Shown piece after piece: positions 32,600 to 42,002 of a stretch of 64,000 nucleotides of DNA. Under the pieces are notes generated by a model. That model made no database searches. It worked only from the letters and a program-made list of their open reading frames with translations, and was not told the DNA's origin. The translations under genes and the position numbers were made by a program. The first letter of the stretch is position 1, and every line of letters starts with the position of its first letter. The DNA comes from Clostridiales bacterium (GTDB lineage: Bacteria; Bacillota; Clostridia; Peptostreptococcales; Anaerovoracaceae). Where the stretch lies: contig JAAYHV010000066.1 in NCBI GenBank assembly GCA_012744355.1, positions 383 through 64,382 on the forward strand, written 5' to 3'.

Positions 32600-35275
32600 A
32601 TGAAAAAAAATCTGGCAAAAACATATGATCCTAAGGATTTTGAAGATAGGATTTATGAGAAGTGGGAGAGCAAGGGTGCATTCAAAGCTGTTCGAGATGA
32701 TAGCAAAGAATCCTTTACTATTGTGATGCCACCTCCAAATATAACGGGTCAATTGCATATGGGGCATGCACTTGATCAAACTCTTCAAGATGTACTTACA
32801 AGATGGAAGAGAATGGACGGTTATTCAGCATTGTGGCTACCTGGCACAGACCATGCTAGTATAGCTACTGAGGTAAAAGTTGTAAATAAATTAAGAGAAC
32901 AAGGCATAGAAAAAGAAGATATCGGAAGAGATGAATTCTTAAAACATGCTTGGGAATGGAAAAAAGAATACGGCGGCAGAATAACTGAGCAGTGCAGAAA
33001 GCTAGGAGATTCATGTGATTGGGAAAGAGAAAGATTCACGATGGACGAGGGCTGCAGCAAAGCTGTAAAAGAAATGTTTGTAAGGTTGTATGAAAAGGGA
33101 TATATATATAAAGGAAATAGACTTATAAATTGGTGCCCTGATTGTGGGACATCTCTTTCTGAAGCTGAAGTAGAGCACACAGATAAAAATGGTAAATACT
33201 GGTATTTTAGGTATCCTGGTGCAGATGGAAGTGAAGGTATCGTAGTTGCGACATCAAGACCAGAAACCATGTTTGGTGACATTGCAATAGCTGTTCATCC
33301 TAGCGATAAAAGATATAAAGATATGATTGGTAAAAACGTCATTTTGCCACTTGTAAATAAAGAAATTCCAGTGATTTCAGATATATACCCAGACCCTGAA
33401 AAGGGAACGGGAGCTGTTAAAATTACGCCAGCTCATGACCCTAATGATTTTGAAGTAGGAGAAAGAAATAATCTTGAAACTATATGCTGTATTAATTACG
33501 ATGCAACTATGAATGAAGCTGCTGGTAAATACGCCGGTATGGATAGATTTGAATGCCGTAAAGCTTGGGTAAAAGATCTAGATGAAGCTGGTTATTTAGT
33601 AAAAACGGAAGAAAAAGTTATTCCTATAGGTGAATGCTACAGATGTAATACCGCAATAGAGCCTATGCTTTCAGATCAATGGTTTGTTAAAATGGAAGAA
33701 CTTGCAAAACCTGCAATAGAAGCAGCGAAATCAGGTGCTTTAAAGCATGTACCTGAAAGATTTGAAAAGATATATTTAAACTGGCTAAATGAAATAAAAG
33801 ATTGGTGCATATCAAGGCAGCTTTGGTGGGGACACAGAATTCCAGCCTATTACTGCGAGGAATGTGGCGAAATTGTCGTATCAATTGATGAGCCAAGCGT
33901 TTGCCCTAGTTGCGGATGCAGTAAACTTAAACAAGATGAAGATGTACTTGATACTTGGTTTAGTTCAGCATTATGGCCATTTTCAACTTTAGGTTGGCCG
34001 GAGAAAACTGAAGATTTAGATTACTTCTTCCCAACAGATGTATTAGTTACAGGATACGACATAATATTTTTCTGGGTCGTTAGAATGGTATTTTCCTCAT
34101 ACGAAACAATGGGGGAATCACCCTTTAAACACGTTTACGTTCATGGACTTGTAAGAGATGAGCAAGGAAGAAAAATGAGTAAGTCTCTAGGTAATGGAAT
34201 AGATCCACTGGAAATAATTGACAGCGTTGGTGCAGATGCACTTAGATTTATGCTTATTATAGGAACTAGCCCAGGTAATGATATGAGATTCATTGAAAGT
34301 AAACTTGACTCTTCTAGAAACTTTGCGAACAAACTATGGAATGCTTCTAGGTTTGTAATAATGAACTTGCAAGATGAAGAGGGTAAGTTCCTATCTATGA
34401 ATAAGGGAGAACTTAAAAATGAAGACAAGTGGATTCTTTCTAGGGTTAATGAATCCGTTTCTTATGTAGACAAGTCACTTGAAAGATATGATTTAGCACT
34501 GGCAGGACAAAAGGTTTATGACTTGACTTGGAACGAATACTGTGACTGGTATATCGAAATCGTAAAGGGCAGATTATATGGGGAAGATGAAGAGGATAAG
34601 GCTGTTGCAAGGTATGTCTTAGTTACAGTACTTAAGGATATATTAAAACTACTTCACCCGTTTATGCCATTTATAACTGAAGAAATATGGAGCTACCTAC
34701 CAGTAGGTGAGTGCAATGAAGATAACAAAGATAATCTATTAATTAAGCAAAGTTGGCCTAAAGTTGATGAAAAATTTGATTATGATAGAGAAGTTCAAAT
34801 ATTAGACACAGCGATGGAAATAATTCGTGCTGTAAGAAACATTAGAGCTGAAGCTGATGCAGCTCCTGGTATGAAATTAAGATGCGTAATTTATAGTGAT
34901 AAGAAAAAAGATACTGTGATATCAGGAGAAAGATACATAAAGCAAATAGCTAATATAACTGATATTACATTTATTAATTCTAATGATGAGGCGCCAGAAG
35001 AAGCAATGTCTGCAGTAGTTAGTGGTGCAGAGATATATATACCGTTAGATGATTTGGTTGATTATGCAGCCGAGCTTGACAGACTTAAAAAGGAAAAAGA
35101 AAAGCTAGAAAATGAAGTGGATAGGGTAGTGAAAAAATTAGCTAATCAAGGCTTCATCTCTAAAGCACCTAAAAATGTAATAGAAGAAGAGGAAAACAAA
35201 AAAGTTAAGTATGAAGATATGCTAGTTAAGGTCGATGAAAGACTTGAAATTGTTAGTAAAAAGGTGAGAACTTAA
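32600..35275 (+). CDS. valS: valine--tRNA ligase
   Basis: ATG 32600 follows AAGGAG. Has the PPPNITGQLHMGHA (HIGH) and KMSKSLGN (KMSKS) motifs and a C-terminal coiled coil. Confidence 0.96.
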   Translation: MKKNLAKTYDPKDFEDRIYEKWESKGAFKAVRDDSKESFTIVMPPPNITGQLHMGHALDQTLQDVLTRWKRMDGYSALWLPGTDHASIATEVKVVNKLREQGIEKEDIGRDEFLKHAWEWKKEYGGRITEQCRKLGDSCDWERERFTMDEGCSKAVKEMFVRLYEKGYIYKGNRLINWCPDCGTSLSEAEVEHTDKNGKYWYFRYPGADGSEGIVVATSRPETMFGDIAIAVHPSDKRYKDMIGKNVILPLVNKEIPVISDIYPDPEKGTGAVKITPAHDPNDFEVGERNNLETICCINYDATMNEAAGKYAGMDRFECRKAWVKDLDEAGYLVKTEEKVIPIGECYRCNTAIEPMLSDQWFVKMEELAKPAIEAAKSGALKHVPERFEKIYLNWLNEIKDWCISRQLWWGHRIPAYYCEECGEIVVSIDEPSVCPSCGCSKLKQDEDVLDTWFSSALWPFSTLGWPEKTEDLDYFFPTDVLVTGYDIIFFWVVRMVFSSYETMGESPFKHVYVHGLVRDEQGRKMSKSLGNGIDPLEIIDSVGADALRFMLIIGTSPGNDMRFIESKLDSSRNFANKLWNASRFVIMNLQDEEGKFLSMNKGELKNEDKWILSRVNESVSYVDKSLERYDLALAGQKVYDLTWNEYCDWYIEIVKGRLYGEDEEDKAVARYVLVTVLKDILKLLHPFMPFITEEIWSYLPVGECNEDNKDNLLIKQSWPKVDEKFDYDREVQILDTAMEIIRAVRNIRAEADAAPGMKLRCVIYSDKKKDTVISGERYIKQIANITDITFINSNDEAPEEAMSAVVSGAEIYIPLDDLVDYAAELDRLKKEKEKLENEVDRVVKKLANQGFISKAPKNVIEEEENKKVKYEDMLVKVDERLEIVSKKVRT

Positions 35276-36547
35276 ATGGAAAGCGAAATAAACGGTATTT
35301 TAAACAAAATACATAAATTTTGTACTTTTGGTAGCGTACTTGGACTTTCTAGAATGGAAGAGCTTTGTGAAAAACTTTCTCATCCTGAAGAGAATTTGAA
35401 TGTGATTCACGTGGCAGGCACAAACGGAAAAGGATCAGTATGCAGGTACATATATGAAGTTTTAAGAACATCAGGCTACTTGGTAGGCTTATATACTTCT
35501 CCCTTTATCACCGTGTTTAATGAGAGAATAGAGATTAACGGAAGCTATATAGACGATGAAGATTTAATCTACTACTCTGAGCTGGTTTTAAATATAGCTA
35601 AAGAAATGAAAGAACCGCCTACTGAGTTTGAGTTAATTACAGCAATAGGGCTAAAGTATTTTAGTGATAAAAAATTAGATTATGTGATTCTAGAAGTTGG
35701 CCTTGGAGGCCGTGGAGATTCTACGAACATAGTAAAAACTCCTTTAATATCCGTTATTTCTTCTATAGGATTAGATCATACGGATAGACTAGGTAATAGT
35801 TTAGCTGAAATTGCGTGGGAAAAAGCTGGGATTATAAAAAATAATGTTCCAGTTATATCTGCAGTTATACCAGAAAAAGCTAAAGAAGTAATTTCTAGAA
35901 CAGCAATGATGAAATCAGCAGAATTTATTGATACTTCGGAATTAGAATATGAAATTCTAAATGAAGATATTTATAGAAGCGAGTATAAGGCAGATGGCCT
36001 TAACTTAACAATTACAATGGGGGGGAAGCATCAAATAACAAATTCATTAACAGCATACGAAACCTTAAAGAAGCTAAGAAACATGGGTAAACTTTCAGTA
36101 ACTGATGATGATATAATAAAGGGCTTTAAAAAAGCAAGGCAACCTGGTAGATTTGAGGTATTCAATAAAGATCCATATGTGATAATTGACGGAGCACATA
36201 ATATCGATGGTGTTGTGGCTTTATCTAGTACCTTAAGAACGAATTTCAAAGATTCAAAGATACTTTTAGTTGTTGGTATTTTAAAGGATAAAGCATATAA
36301 TAATATGGCGAAAGAGCTTGTAAAAATAACAGATGAATTTATAGTAACAGAGCCAGATAATTTGAGAAAGCTAAGCGCGATAAGGTTGTCTGAGGCTTTG
36401 GAAAGTAATGGGGCAAAGTGCCTTATAGAACCGATACTAAAAGAGGCATATGATAGAGCAATGGAGATTAAAAACGATTACGATGTTATAGTCTTTGCTG
36501 GTTCGTTATATTTAGTAAGTGAAGTACGCAGTTATTTAGTAGATTAA
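35276..36547 (+). CDS. folC: bifunctional folylpolyglutamate synthase / dihydrofolate synthase
   Basis: 423 aa Mur-ligase family with VAGTNGKGS. The valS-folC order is conserved in Firmicutes. Confidence 0.9.
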   Translation: MESEINGILNKIHKFCTFGSVLGLSRMEELCEKLSHPEENLNVIHVAGTNGKGSVCRYIYEVLRTSGYLVGLYTSPFITVFNERIEINGSYIDDEDLIYYSELVLNIAKEMKEPPTEFELITAIGLKYFSDKKLDYVILEVGLGGRGDSTNIVKTPLISVISSIGLDHTDRLGNSLAEIAWEKAGIIKNNVPVISAVIPEKAKEVISRTAMMKSAEFIDTSELEYEILNEDIYRSEYKADGLNLTITMGGKHQITNSLTAYETLKKLRNMGKLSVTDDDIIKGFKKARQPGRFEVFNKDPYVIIDGAHNIDGVVALSSTLRTNFKDSKILLVVGILKDKAYNNMAKELVKITDEFIVTEPDNLRKLSAIRLSEALESNGAKCLIEPILKEAYDRAMEIKNDYDVIVFAGSLYLVSEVRSYLVD

Positions 36548-36559
36548 GGAGTGAATGGT

Positions 36560-37801
36560 ATGTTTGACAAGTTTAATAATGATGACAGTAGCTACAATGT
36601 TGAAAATTTTGAATTAATAAAAAAGACGGCACCTGAAGTTGGAGAAATGATTGAAAAAGAGTACAATAGGCAGCGCAATAATATCGAGCTTATTGCTTCT
36701 GAAAATTATTGCTCTGAAGCTGTTCTAGCTGCAAATGGAAGCTGCTTATGTTGGAAGTATGCAGAAGGTTATCCCTATGAAAGAACTTCTGGAAACAAAG
36801 GAAGGTATTATGGTGGTACTGAATTTGTAGATGAAATGGAGGAATACTGTTGCGATAAATGGAGAGAAGTATTTAATACAGATTACCATGTAAACGTGCA
36901 ACCCCACAGTGGGTCCCAAGCTAATTTTTCTGCATATAAATCAGTTTTAAAAACTGGCGATAAAGTTTTATCTATGAGCCTTAATAACGGTGGACACCTA
37001 ACTCACGGTTCAGCTGTTAACTTTAGTGGTGAATTATATGATATGCATTTTTATGATGTGGATGATAATGGCTTTATTGATATGGAAGATGTTAAAAGAA
37101 AAGCTGAAGAACTAAAACCTAAGATGATATTAGCAGGAGCAAGCGCTTATTCGAGGAAGATTGATTTTCCTAAGTTCGCTGAAATTGCTAAAAGCGTTGG
37201 AGCATATTTTATGGTTGATATGGCCCATATTGCAGGACTTGTTGCTGCAGGTGAACATGTTTCTCCCTTTGGCTATGCTGACTTAATTACTACGACTACA
37301 CATAAAACGTTGAGAGGACCTCGCGGAGGACTTATCTTTGGTCGACTGGGCCTAGCTAAAAAAATCGACAGTGCTGTTTTCCCTTACGCTCAAGGTGGAC
37401 CTTTGGAACATGTAATCGCAGGTAAAGCTGTTTGTGCGGTGGAAGCTTTGAAGCCAGAGTTTAAAGAGTACCAACATCAAGTTGTGTTAAATTGCAAAGA
37501 ATTTTGTAACGAATTCATTAAAATGGGATACAATGTTGTTACAGGTGGTACTGACAATCACCTATTCCTCCTTGATTTATCAGAATATGAATTCACAGGT
37601 AGAGATTTACAAAACAGATTGGATGAGGTTGGAATAACTCTTAATAAAAATTCAGTGCCAAATGAAAAGAGATCTCCAATGCAAACAAGTGGTGTTAGAA
37701 TAGGTACAGCTCCTATGACATCAAGAGGTTATAAAGAAGAAGATTTTGTTAAGGTTGCTCACAATATAGACGAAGTAATCAAAGAATTGGCAAGTAAATA
37801 A
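36560..37801 (+). CDS. glyA: serine hydroxymethyltransferase
   Basis: ATG 36560 lies 8 nt after AAGGAG; the ORF-track GTG at 36551 lies inside that RBS. Has the ELIASENY and TTTTHKTLRGPRGG (PLP lysine) motifs. Confidence 0.95.
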   Translation: MFDKFNNDDSSYNVENFELIKKTAPEVGEMIEKEYNRQRNNIELIASENYCSEAVLAANGSCLCWKYAEGYPYERTSGNKGRYYGGTEFVDEMEEYCCDKWREVFNTDYHVNVQPHSGSQANFSAYKSVLKTGDKVLSMSLNNGGHLTHGSAVNFSGELYDMHFYDVDDNGFIDMEDVKRKAEELKPKMILAGASAYSRKIDFPKFAEIAKSVGAYFMVDMAHIAGLVAAGEHVSPFGYADLITTTTHKTLRGPRGGLIFGRLGLAKKIDSAVFPYAQGGPLEHVIAGKAVCAVEALKPEFKEYQHQVVLNCKEFCNEFIKMGYNVVTGGTDNHLFLLDLSEYEFTGRDLQNRLDEVGITLNKNSVPNEKRSPMQTSGVRIGTAPMTSRGYKEEDFVKVAHNIDEVIKELASK

Positions 37802-37808
37802 ACATCAT

Positions 37809-37831
37809 GCGGCGTTTTTACGCCGCTTTTT
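37809..37831 (+). terminator. intrinsic terminator after glyA
   Basis: GCGGCG-ttttta-CGCCGC followed by TTTTT. Confidence 0.85.
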
Positions 37832-37860
37832 AAAAAAGATTTTACAATTCTTAAAATTTA

Positions 37861-37889
37861 TTGAATGGACAAAATATATAGTGTATAAT
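37861..37889 (+). promoter_or_regulatory. strong sigma-A promoter with extended -10
   Basis: TTGAAT (37861-37866), 17-nt spacer, TGtTATAAT (37882-37889). Confidence 0.6.
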
Positions 37890-37922
37890 CATATGTATAT
37901 AAAAGAAGAGGAGGATGGAACA

Positions 37923-38345
37923 ATGGTGAAGTTATTATTAGGCCATAAGGGCAGCGGGAAAACCAAGAGAATGATCGGATTAGCTAACGAAAGCGTAGAA
38001 AATGGAAGAGGAAGCACTATCTTTATAAACAAGAATGCTAGACTAATGTACGATTTAAAATATAAAATTCGAGTTATTTGTATGGAGGATTATGAACACA
38101 TTACAAATTGTGATGAATATATAGGTTTCCTATATGGAATCATAAGCTCTGATCACGATATAGAAACTATTTATATAGACAGCATATTAAAGCATGCAGA
38201 TTTCACACTAGGCGATTTACCTGAATTCACAGAAAGACTAAAGCAGATTTCAAAGAACTATGGAATGGAATTTGTTGTGAGCCTAAGCGCATCTAAGGAA
38301 GAAATGATAGGCGTTGATTTTGAAGGTTGCGAAATACTTAATTAA
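37923..38345 (+). CDS. small stand-alone P-loop NTPase-like protein, function unknown
   Basis: ATG 37923 follows GAGGAGGA. 141 aa with Walker A GHKGSGKT at residues 7-14 and a Walker-B-like TIYIDS. I recognise no further domain. Confidence 0.7.
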   Translation: MVKLLLGHKGSGKTKRMIGLANESVENGRGSTIFINKNARLMYDLKYKIRVICMEDYEHITNCDEYIGFLYGIISSDHDIETIYIDSILKHADFTLGDLPEFTERLKQISKNYGMEFVVSLSASKEEMIGVDFEGCEILN

Positions 38346-38357
38346 TTAAAAAAATAG

Positions 38358-38391
38358 ATAGCAAGTAAGAATAATCTTGCTTGCTATTTTT
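38358..38391 (+). terminator. intrinsic terminator after the P-loop gene
   Basis: ATAGCAAGTAAG / CTTGCTTGCTAT 12-bp stem (one G-U pair), AATAAT loop, then TTTT. Confidence 0.7.
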
Positions 38392-38405
38392 CTACGAGGT
38401 AACTG

Positions 38406-39017
38406 ATGAAAATAGAACAAATCAAAGAGCTTTATGATAAGACACCTGGTAAATATATCGGTAAACATAAAGACTATGGCATACTTATTCCTTTTGTTAA
38501 AAGACAAGACAAATTGTTTTTGGTCCTTGAAGAAAGAGCTGATGATTTAGTCAGCCAACCAGGAGAAATTTGTTTTCCTGGCGGCAGAATAGAAAATGGT
38601 GAAAAGGTAAAAGCAGGTATCTTAAGAGAAACTTGTGAAGAACTTGGAATAAAAGAGAGCGATATAGAATTAATTGTAAAGGGTGACATGCTACATAGAT
38701 ATCTCAATGCTAATATATATTCATATATAGGAATTATTGATGGCAATGTAGACTTTGATAGTATAAGTAACTCTGAAGTTAAGAGAGTTCATCTAATTGA
38801 ACTATGCGAACTAATGACTGCAAAGGTAGAATTTTATTTTACGAAAATTGGCCCCTTTAATATTGAGGATTTTCCCTATGCGAAAATAGGCCATACCCAT
38901 TATGATCAATGGATGTATAGAGATTGGGACGTACCAATAATAAAGTGCAAGGACATCGTAATATGGGGATTAACTGCAAAATTTATACTTGAACTTTTGA
39001 AACGAATTAATGAGTAA
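38406..39017 (+). CDS. NUDIX hydrolase, CoA pyrophosphatase-like
   Basis: 203 aa with the Nudix box GGRIENGEKVKAGILRETCEELGI preceded by the LVSQPGEICFPGG signature, and a C-terminal IWGLTA motif. Confidence 0.85.
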   Translation: MKIEQIKELYDKTPGKYIGKHKDYGILIPFVKRQDKLFLVLEERADDLVSQPGEICFPGGRIENGEKVKAGILRETCEELGIKESDIELIVKGDMLHRYLNANIYSYIGIIDGNVDFDSISNSEVKRVHLIELCELMTAKVEFYFTKIGPFNIEDFPYAKIGHTHYDQWMYRDWDVPIIKCKDIVIWGLTAKFILELLKRINE

Positions 39018-39121
39018 CCGTTCGTATATTTAAGAATAAAGCAAAATAAAGTGATTCTGACTGTACAAAACGTGATTTTTGTTTTATAATGGATACAGTT
39101 AAAATATCTAGGAGGTATGAG

Positions 39122-40201
39122 ATGAAAAAAGTATTAGTATTATTATTAGCTCTAAGTATGGTTCTTTGTTTCTTTGGTTGTGGTAGCAACGACGACGGTG
39201 AAGAAGCAGCAACAGATACTTTTGAAGTGGCAATGGTTACTGACACCGGAACTATCGATGACAAGTCATTTAACCAGGGAACTTGGGAAGGTGTTAAGGA
39301 ATTCGCAGAGGATAATGACTTAACTTACAAGTATTATCAGCCAACTGAAGATTCCGCTGATGCAAGAATGGAACAGATTGACTTAGCCGTAACTAATGGC
39401 GCAAAAGTTGTTGCAACTCCAGGATTCTTGTTTGAAGACACAATATTTGAAGCACAAGATAAATATCCTGACGTTAAGTTCATATTAATCGATGGTAATC
39501 CACATGATGCGGATTACAACTACAGAACAGAAGACAACGCTGTTGGTATACTTTTTGCTGAAGAAGAAGTAGGTTATTTAGCTGGTTATTCTGCAGTTAA
39601 AGAAGGTTACACTAAGCTTGGTTTCATGGGTGGAATGGCAGTTCCTCCAGTAGTAAGGTACGGATATGGATATGTTAAGGGTGCAAACGATGCAGCAAAA
39701 GAAATGGGCATCGATGTAGAAATGAAATACCACTATACAGGTGGATTCACAGCATCTCCTGACATTCAGACCAAAGCAGCAAGCTGGTATGCAGCTGGCA
39801 CAGAAGTTATATTTTCTTGTGGAGGAGGTATCTTCGACTCAATCAGTGCAGCAGCAGAATCAAGCGAAGCTGACGTAATTGGTGTTGACGTAGACCAAAG
39901 CTCACAATCAGATACTGTAATTACTTCAGCAATGAAGGGTTTAAAAGTAGCTGTTGTTAAGGCTTTAGAAGCATACAAAAATGACGAGTTCCCAGGTGGA
40001 GAAGCATGGGTACTAGGAGCTAAAGAAGATGGTATAGCTCTAGCAATGGAAACATCACAATTCGAAGTGTTTACACAGGAAGACTATGATGCTTTATATG
40101 AAGAATTAATTTCAGGTGACATTAAAATTCCAGTTGACACAGATGTAGAATCTGCAAAAGATATTGATGTAACTAATGTAACGGTAGAAATAGTTGAGTA
40201 A
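39122..40201 (+). CDS. BMP-family (PnrA/Med-like) ABC substrate-binding lipoprotein, probably for nucleosides
   Basis: ATG 39122 follows AGGAGG. Signal peptide with lipobox FFGCGS; the mature part is typical of basic membrane protein family binders. Confidence 0.88.
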   Translation: MKKVLVLLLALSMVLCFFGCGSNDDGEEAATDTFEVAMVTDTGTIDDKSFNQGTWEGVKEFAEDNDLTYKYYQPTEDSADARMEQIDLAVTNGAKVVATPGFLFEDTIFEAQDKYPDVKFILIDGNPHDADYNYRTEDNAVGILFAEEEVGYLAGYSAVKEGYTKLGFMGGMAVPPVVRYGYGYVKGANDAAKEMGIDVEMKYHYTGGFTASPDIQTKAASWYAAGTEVIFSCGGGIFDSISAAAESSEADVIGVDVDQSSQSDTVITSAMKGLKVAVVKALEAYKNDEFPGGEAWVLGAKEDGIALAMETSQFEVFTQEDYDALYEELISGDIKIPVDTDVESAKDIDVTNVTVEIVE

Positions 40202-40245
40202 CGACTTATAAATAATACTTAGCGATTATTTAGACAGAATATAAA

Positions 40246-40276
40246 CCCCTAAAAGCGATAAGTTTTTAGGGGTTTT
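40246..40276 (+). terminator. intrinsic terminator after the BMP lipoprotein gene
   Basis: CCCCTAAAA / TTTTAGGGG stem followed by TTTT. Confidence 0.8.
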
Positions 40277-40325
40277 ACTGTGTGAAAAAAGGAGATAGAA
40301 TTAACCTTAACAAAAATAATCAGGC

Positions 40326-40368
40326 TTAAGTTAGAATATATGGTTAGTTGTCATATATTCTAACTTAA
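40326..40368. repeat. perfect 17-bp inverted repeat with 9-nt spacer
   Basis: TTAAGTTAGAATATATG-gttagttgt-CATATATTCTAACTTAA. There is no U-tract on either side. Confidence 0.9.
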
Positions 40369-40472
40369 AACCTAGCAATTTTCTGAAGAAATTGTTTAAT
40401 TCCATAAAACTATTTAAATAATGTCTGAATTGGGGTATAATTATAAAAGTGATAATTGAGAGGTAGGAGCCT

Positions 40473-42002
40473 ATGGAATATGTAATAGAAATGCTCAATA
40501 TTAGAAAAGAGTTTCCTGGCATTGTAGCTAACGATGATGTTAGCGTGCGATTAATAAAAGGCGAAATACACGCACTTCTTGGTGAAAATGGCGCAGGAAA
40601 GTCAACACTTATGAGTGTTCTTTTTGGTATGTATCGTCCTGAAAAAGGTATAATTAAAAAGAACGGAATAGAAATAAACATAAAGGATCCAAACGAAGCT
40701 AATAGGCAAGGAATCGGTATGGTGCACCAGCACTTTAAACTAGTGGAAAACTTTACGGCATTGCAAAATATAATCTTGGGTGTAGAAGATACTAAAAATG
40801 GTGTTCTTCTTATGGACGATGCACGAACAAAGGTTGTAGAGCTATCTGAAAAATATGGACTTATGATAAAACCAGATGAGCTTATAGAAAACATGACAGT
40901 AGGAATGCAGCAGCGTGTAGAAATTCTAAAGATGCTCTATAGGGAAAATGAAATTTTAATATTTGATGAACCAACAGCGGTACTTACTCCGCAAGAAATA
41001 GATGAATTGATGTCAATTATGAGAAAACTTGTGAAAGAAGATAAATCAATTATATTTATCACGCACAAGCTTAACGAGATTAAAGAAGTTGCGGACAGAT
41101 GTACAGTTCTTAGAAAAGGCAAAGGAATAGGAACTGTAGATGTTGAAACTACTACCAAAGAGGAAATGTCAGAAATGATGGTAGGGCGTAAGATTGATCT
41201 TAAAATAGATAAGGCTCTTACAAAACCAGGAAAGATTATTTTCGAAGTTGAAAATCTTTCAGTAATAAGCAAGTGGTCAAAGAAAAAAGTAGTCAATAAT
41301 GTTTCACTAAAGGTTAGGCAAGGTGAAATTGTGTGCATAGCAGGAATTGACGGTAACGGTCAGTCTGATCTAGTGTATGCGCTTACAGGAATAGGACCAC
41401 ATCTTGGTGGTAAGATTACACTTAATGGTGAAGATATAACTGACAGCAGCATTAGGCATAGAAATAAAGCAGGAATGGCGCATATCCCAGAGGATAGGCA
41501 TAAGTATGGATTGATACTTGACTATAAGTTATCAAAAAATCTTGTTCTTAAGAAGTATTTTGAGGAAGGCTTTCAAAAGAACAAGGTCATAAACTATTCT
41601 AATGTCAAAGAATACTCGGACAAGCTTATAGAAAAGTATGATGTACGTACAGGGCAAGGTAGCAATACGTTAACTAGAAGTATGTCTGGAGGAAACCAGC
41701 AAAAGGCTATATTGGCAAGAGAAATAGAGGAAAACCCTGAAATTTTAATAGCTGTTCAGCCTACAAGAGGACTCGATGTGGGTGCTATAGAATACATTCA
41801 CAAGCAACTTGTAAAACAAAGAGATGCTGGTAGAGCAATACTTCTTATTTCCTTAGAACTAGACGAAGTAATGAACCTAAGCGATAAAATATTAGTAATT
41901 TACGAAGGCGAGATTGTAGCAGCTTTAAATCCTGAAGAAACTAATATTAAAGAACTTGGCTTATACATGGCAGGGTCTAAGAGAAGTGAGGTGGTATCAT
42001 GA
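40473..42002 (+). CDS. ABC transporter ATP-binding protein, tandem ATPase domains (BMP/nucleoside-sugar type)
   Basis: 509 aa with Walker A GENGAGKST, signature MSGGNQQK in the second half, and a typical fused double NBD. Confidence 0.9.
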   Translation: MEYVIEMLNIRKEFPGIVANDDVSVRLIKGEIHALLGENGAGKSTLMSVLFGMYRPEKGIIKKNGIEINIKDPNEANRQGIGMVHQHFKLVENFTALQNIILGVEDTKNGVLLMDDARTKVVELSEKYGLMIKPDELIENMTVGMQQRVEILKMLYRENEILIFDEPTAVLTPQEIDELMSIMRKLVKEDKSIIFITHKLNEIKEVADRCTVLRKGKGIGTVDVETTTKEEMSEMMVGRKIDLKIDKALTKPGKIIFEVENLSVISKWSKKKVVNNVSLKVRQGEIVCIAGIDGNGQSDLVYALTGIGPHLGGKITLNGEDITDSSIRHRNKAGMAHIPEDRHKYGLILDYKLSKNLVLKKYFEEGFQKNKVINYSNVKEYSDKLIEKYDVRTGQGSNTLTRSMSGGNQQKAILAREIEENPEILIAVQPTRGLDVGAIEYIHKQLVKQRDAGRAILLISLELDEVMNLSDKILVIYEGEIVAALNPEETNIKELGLYMAGSKRSEVVS

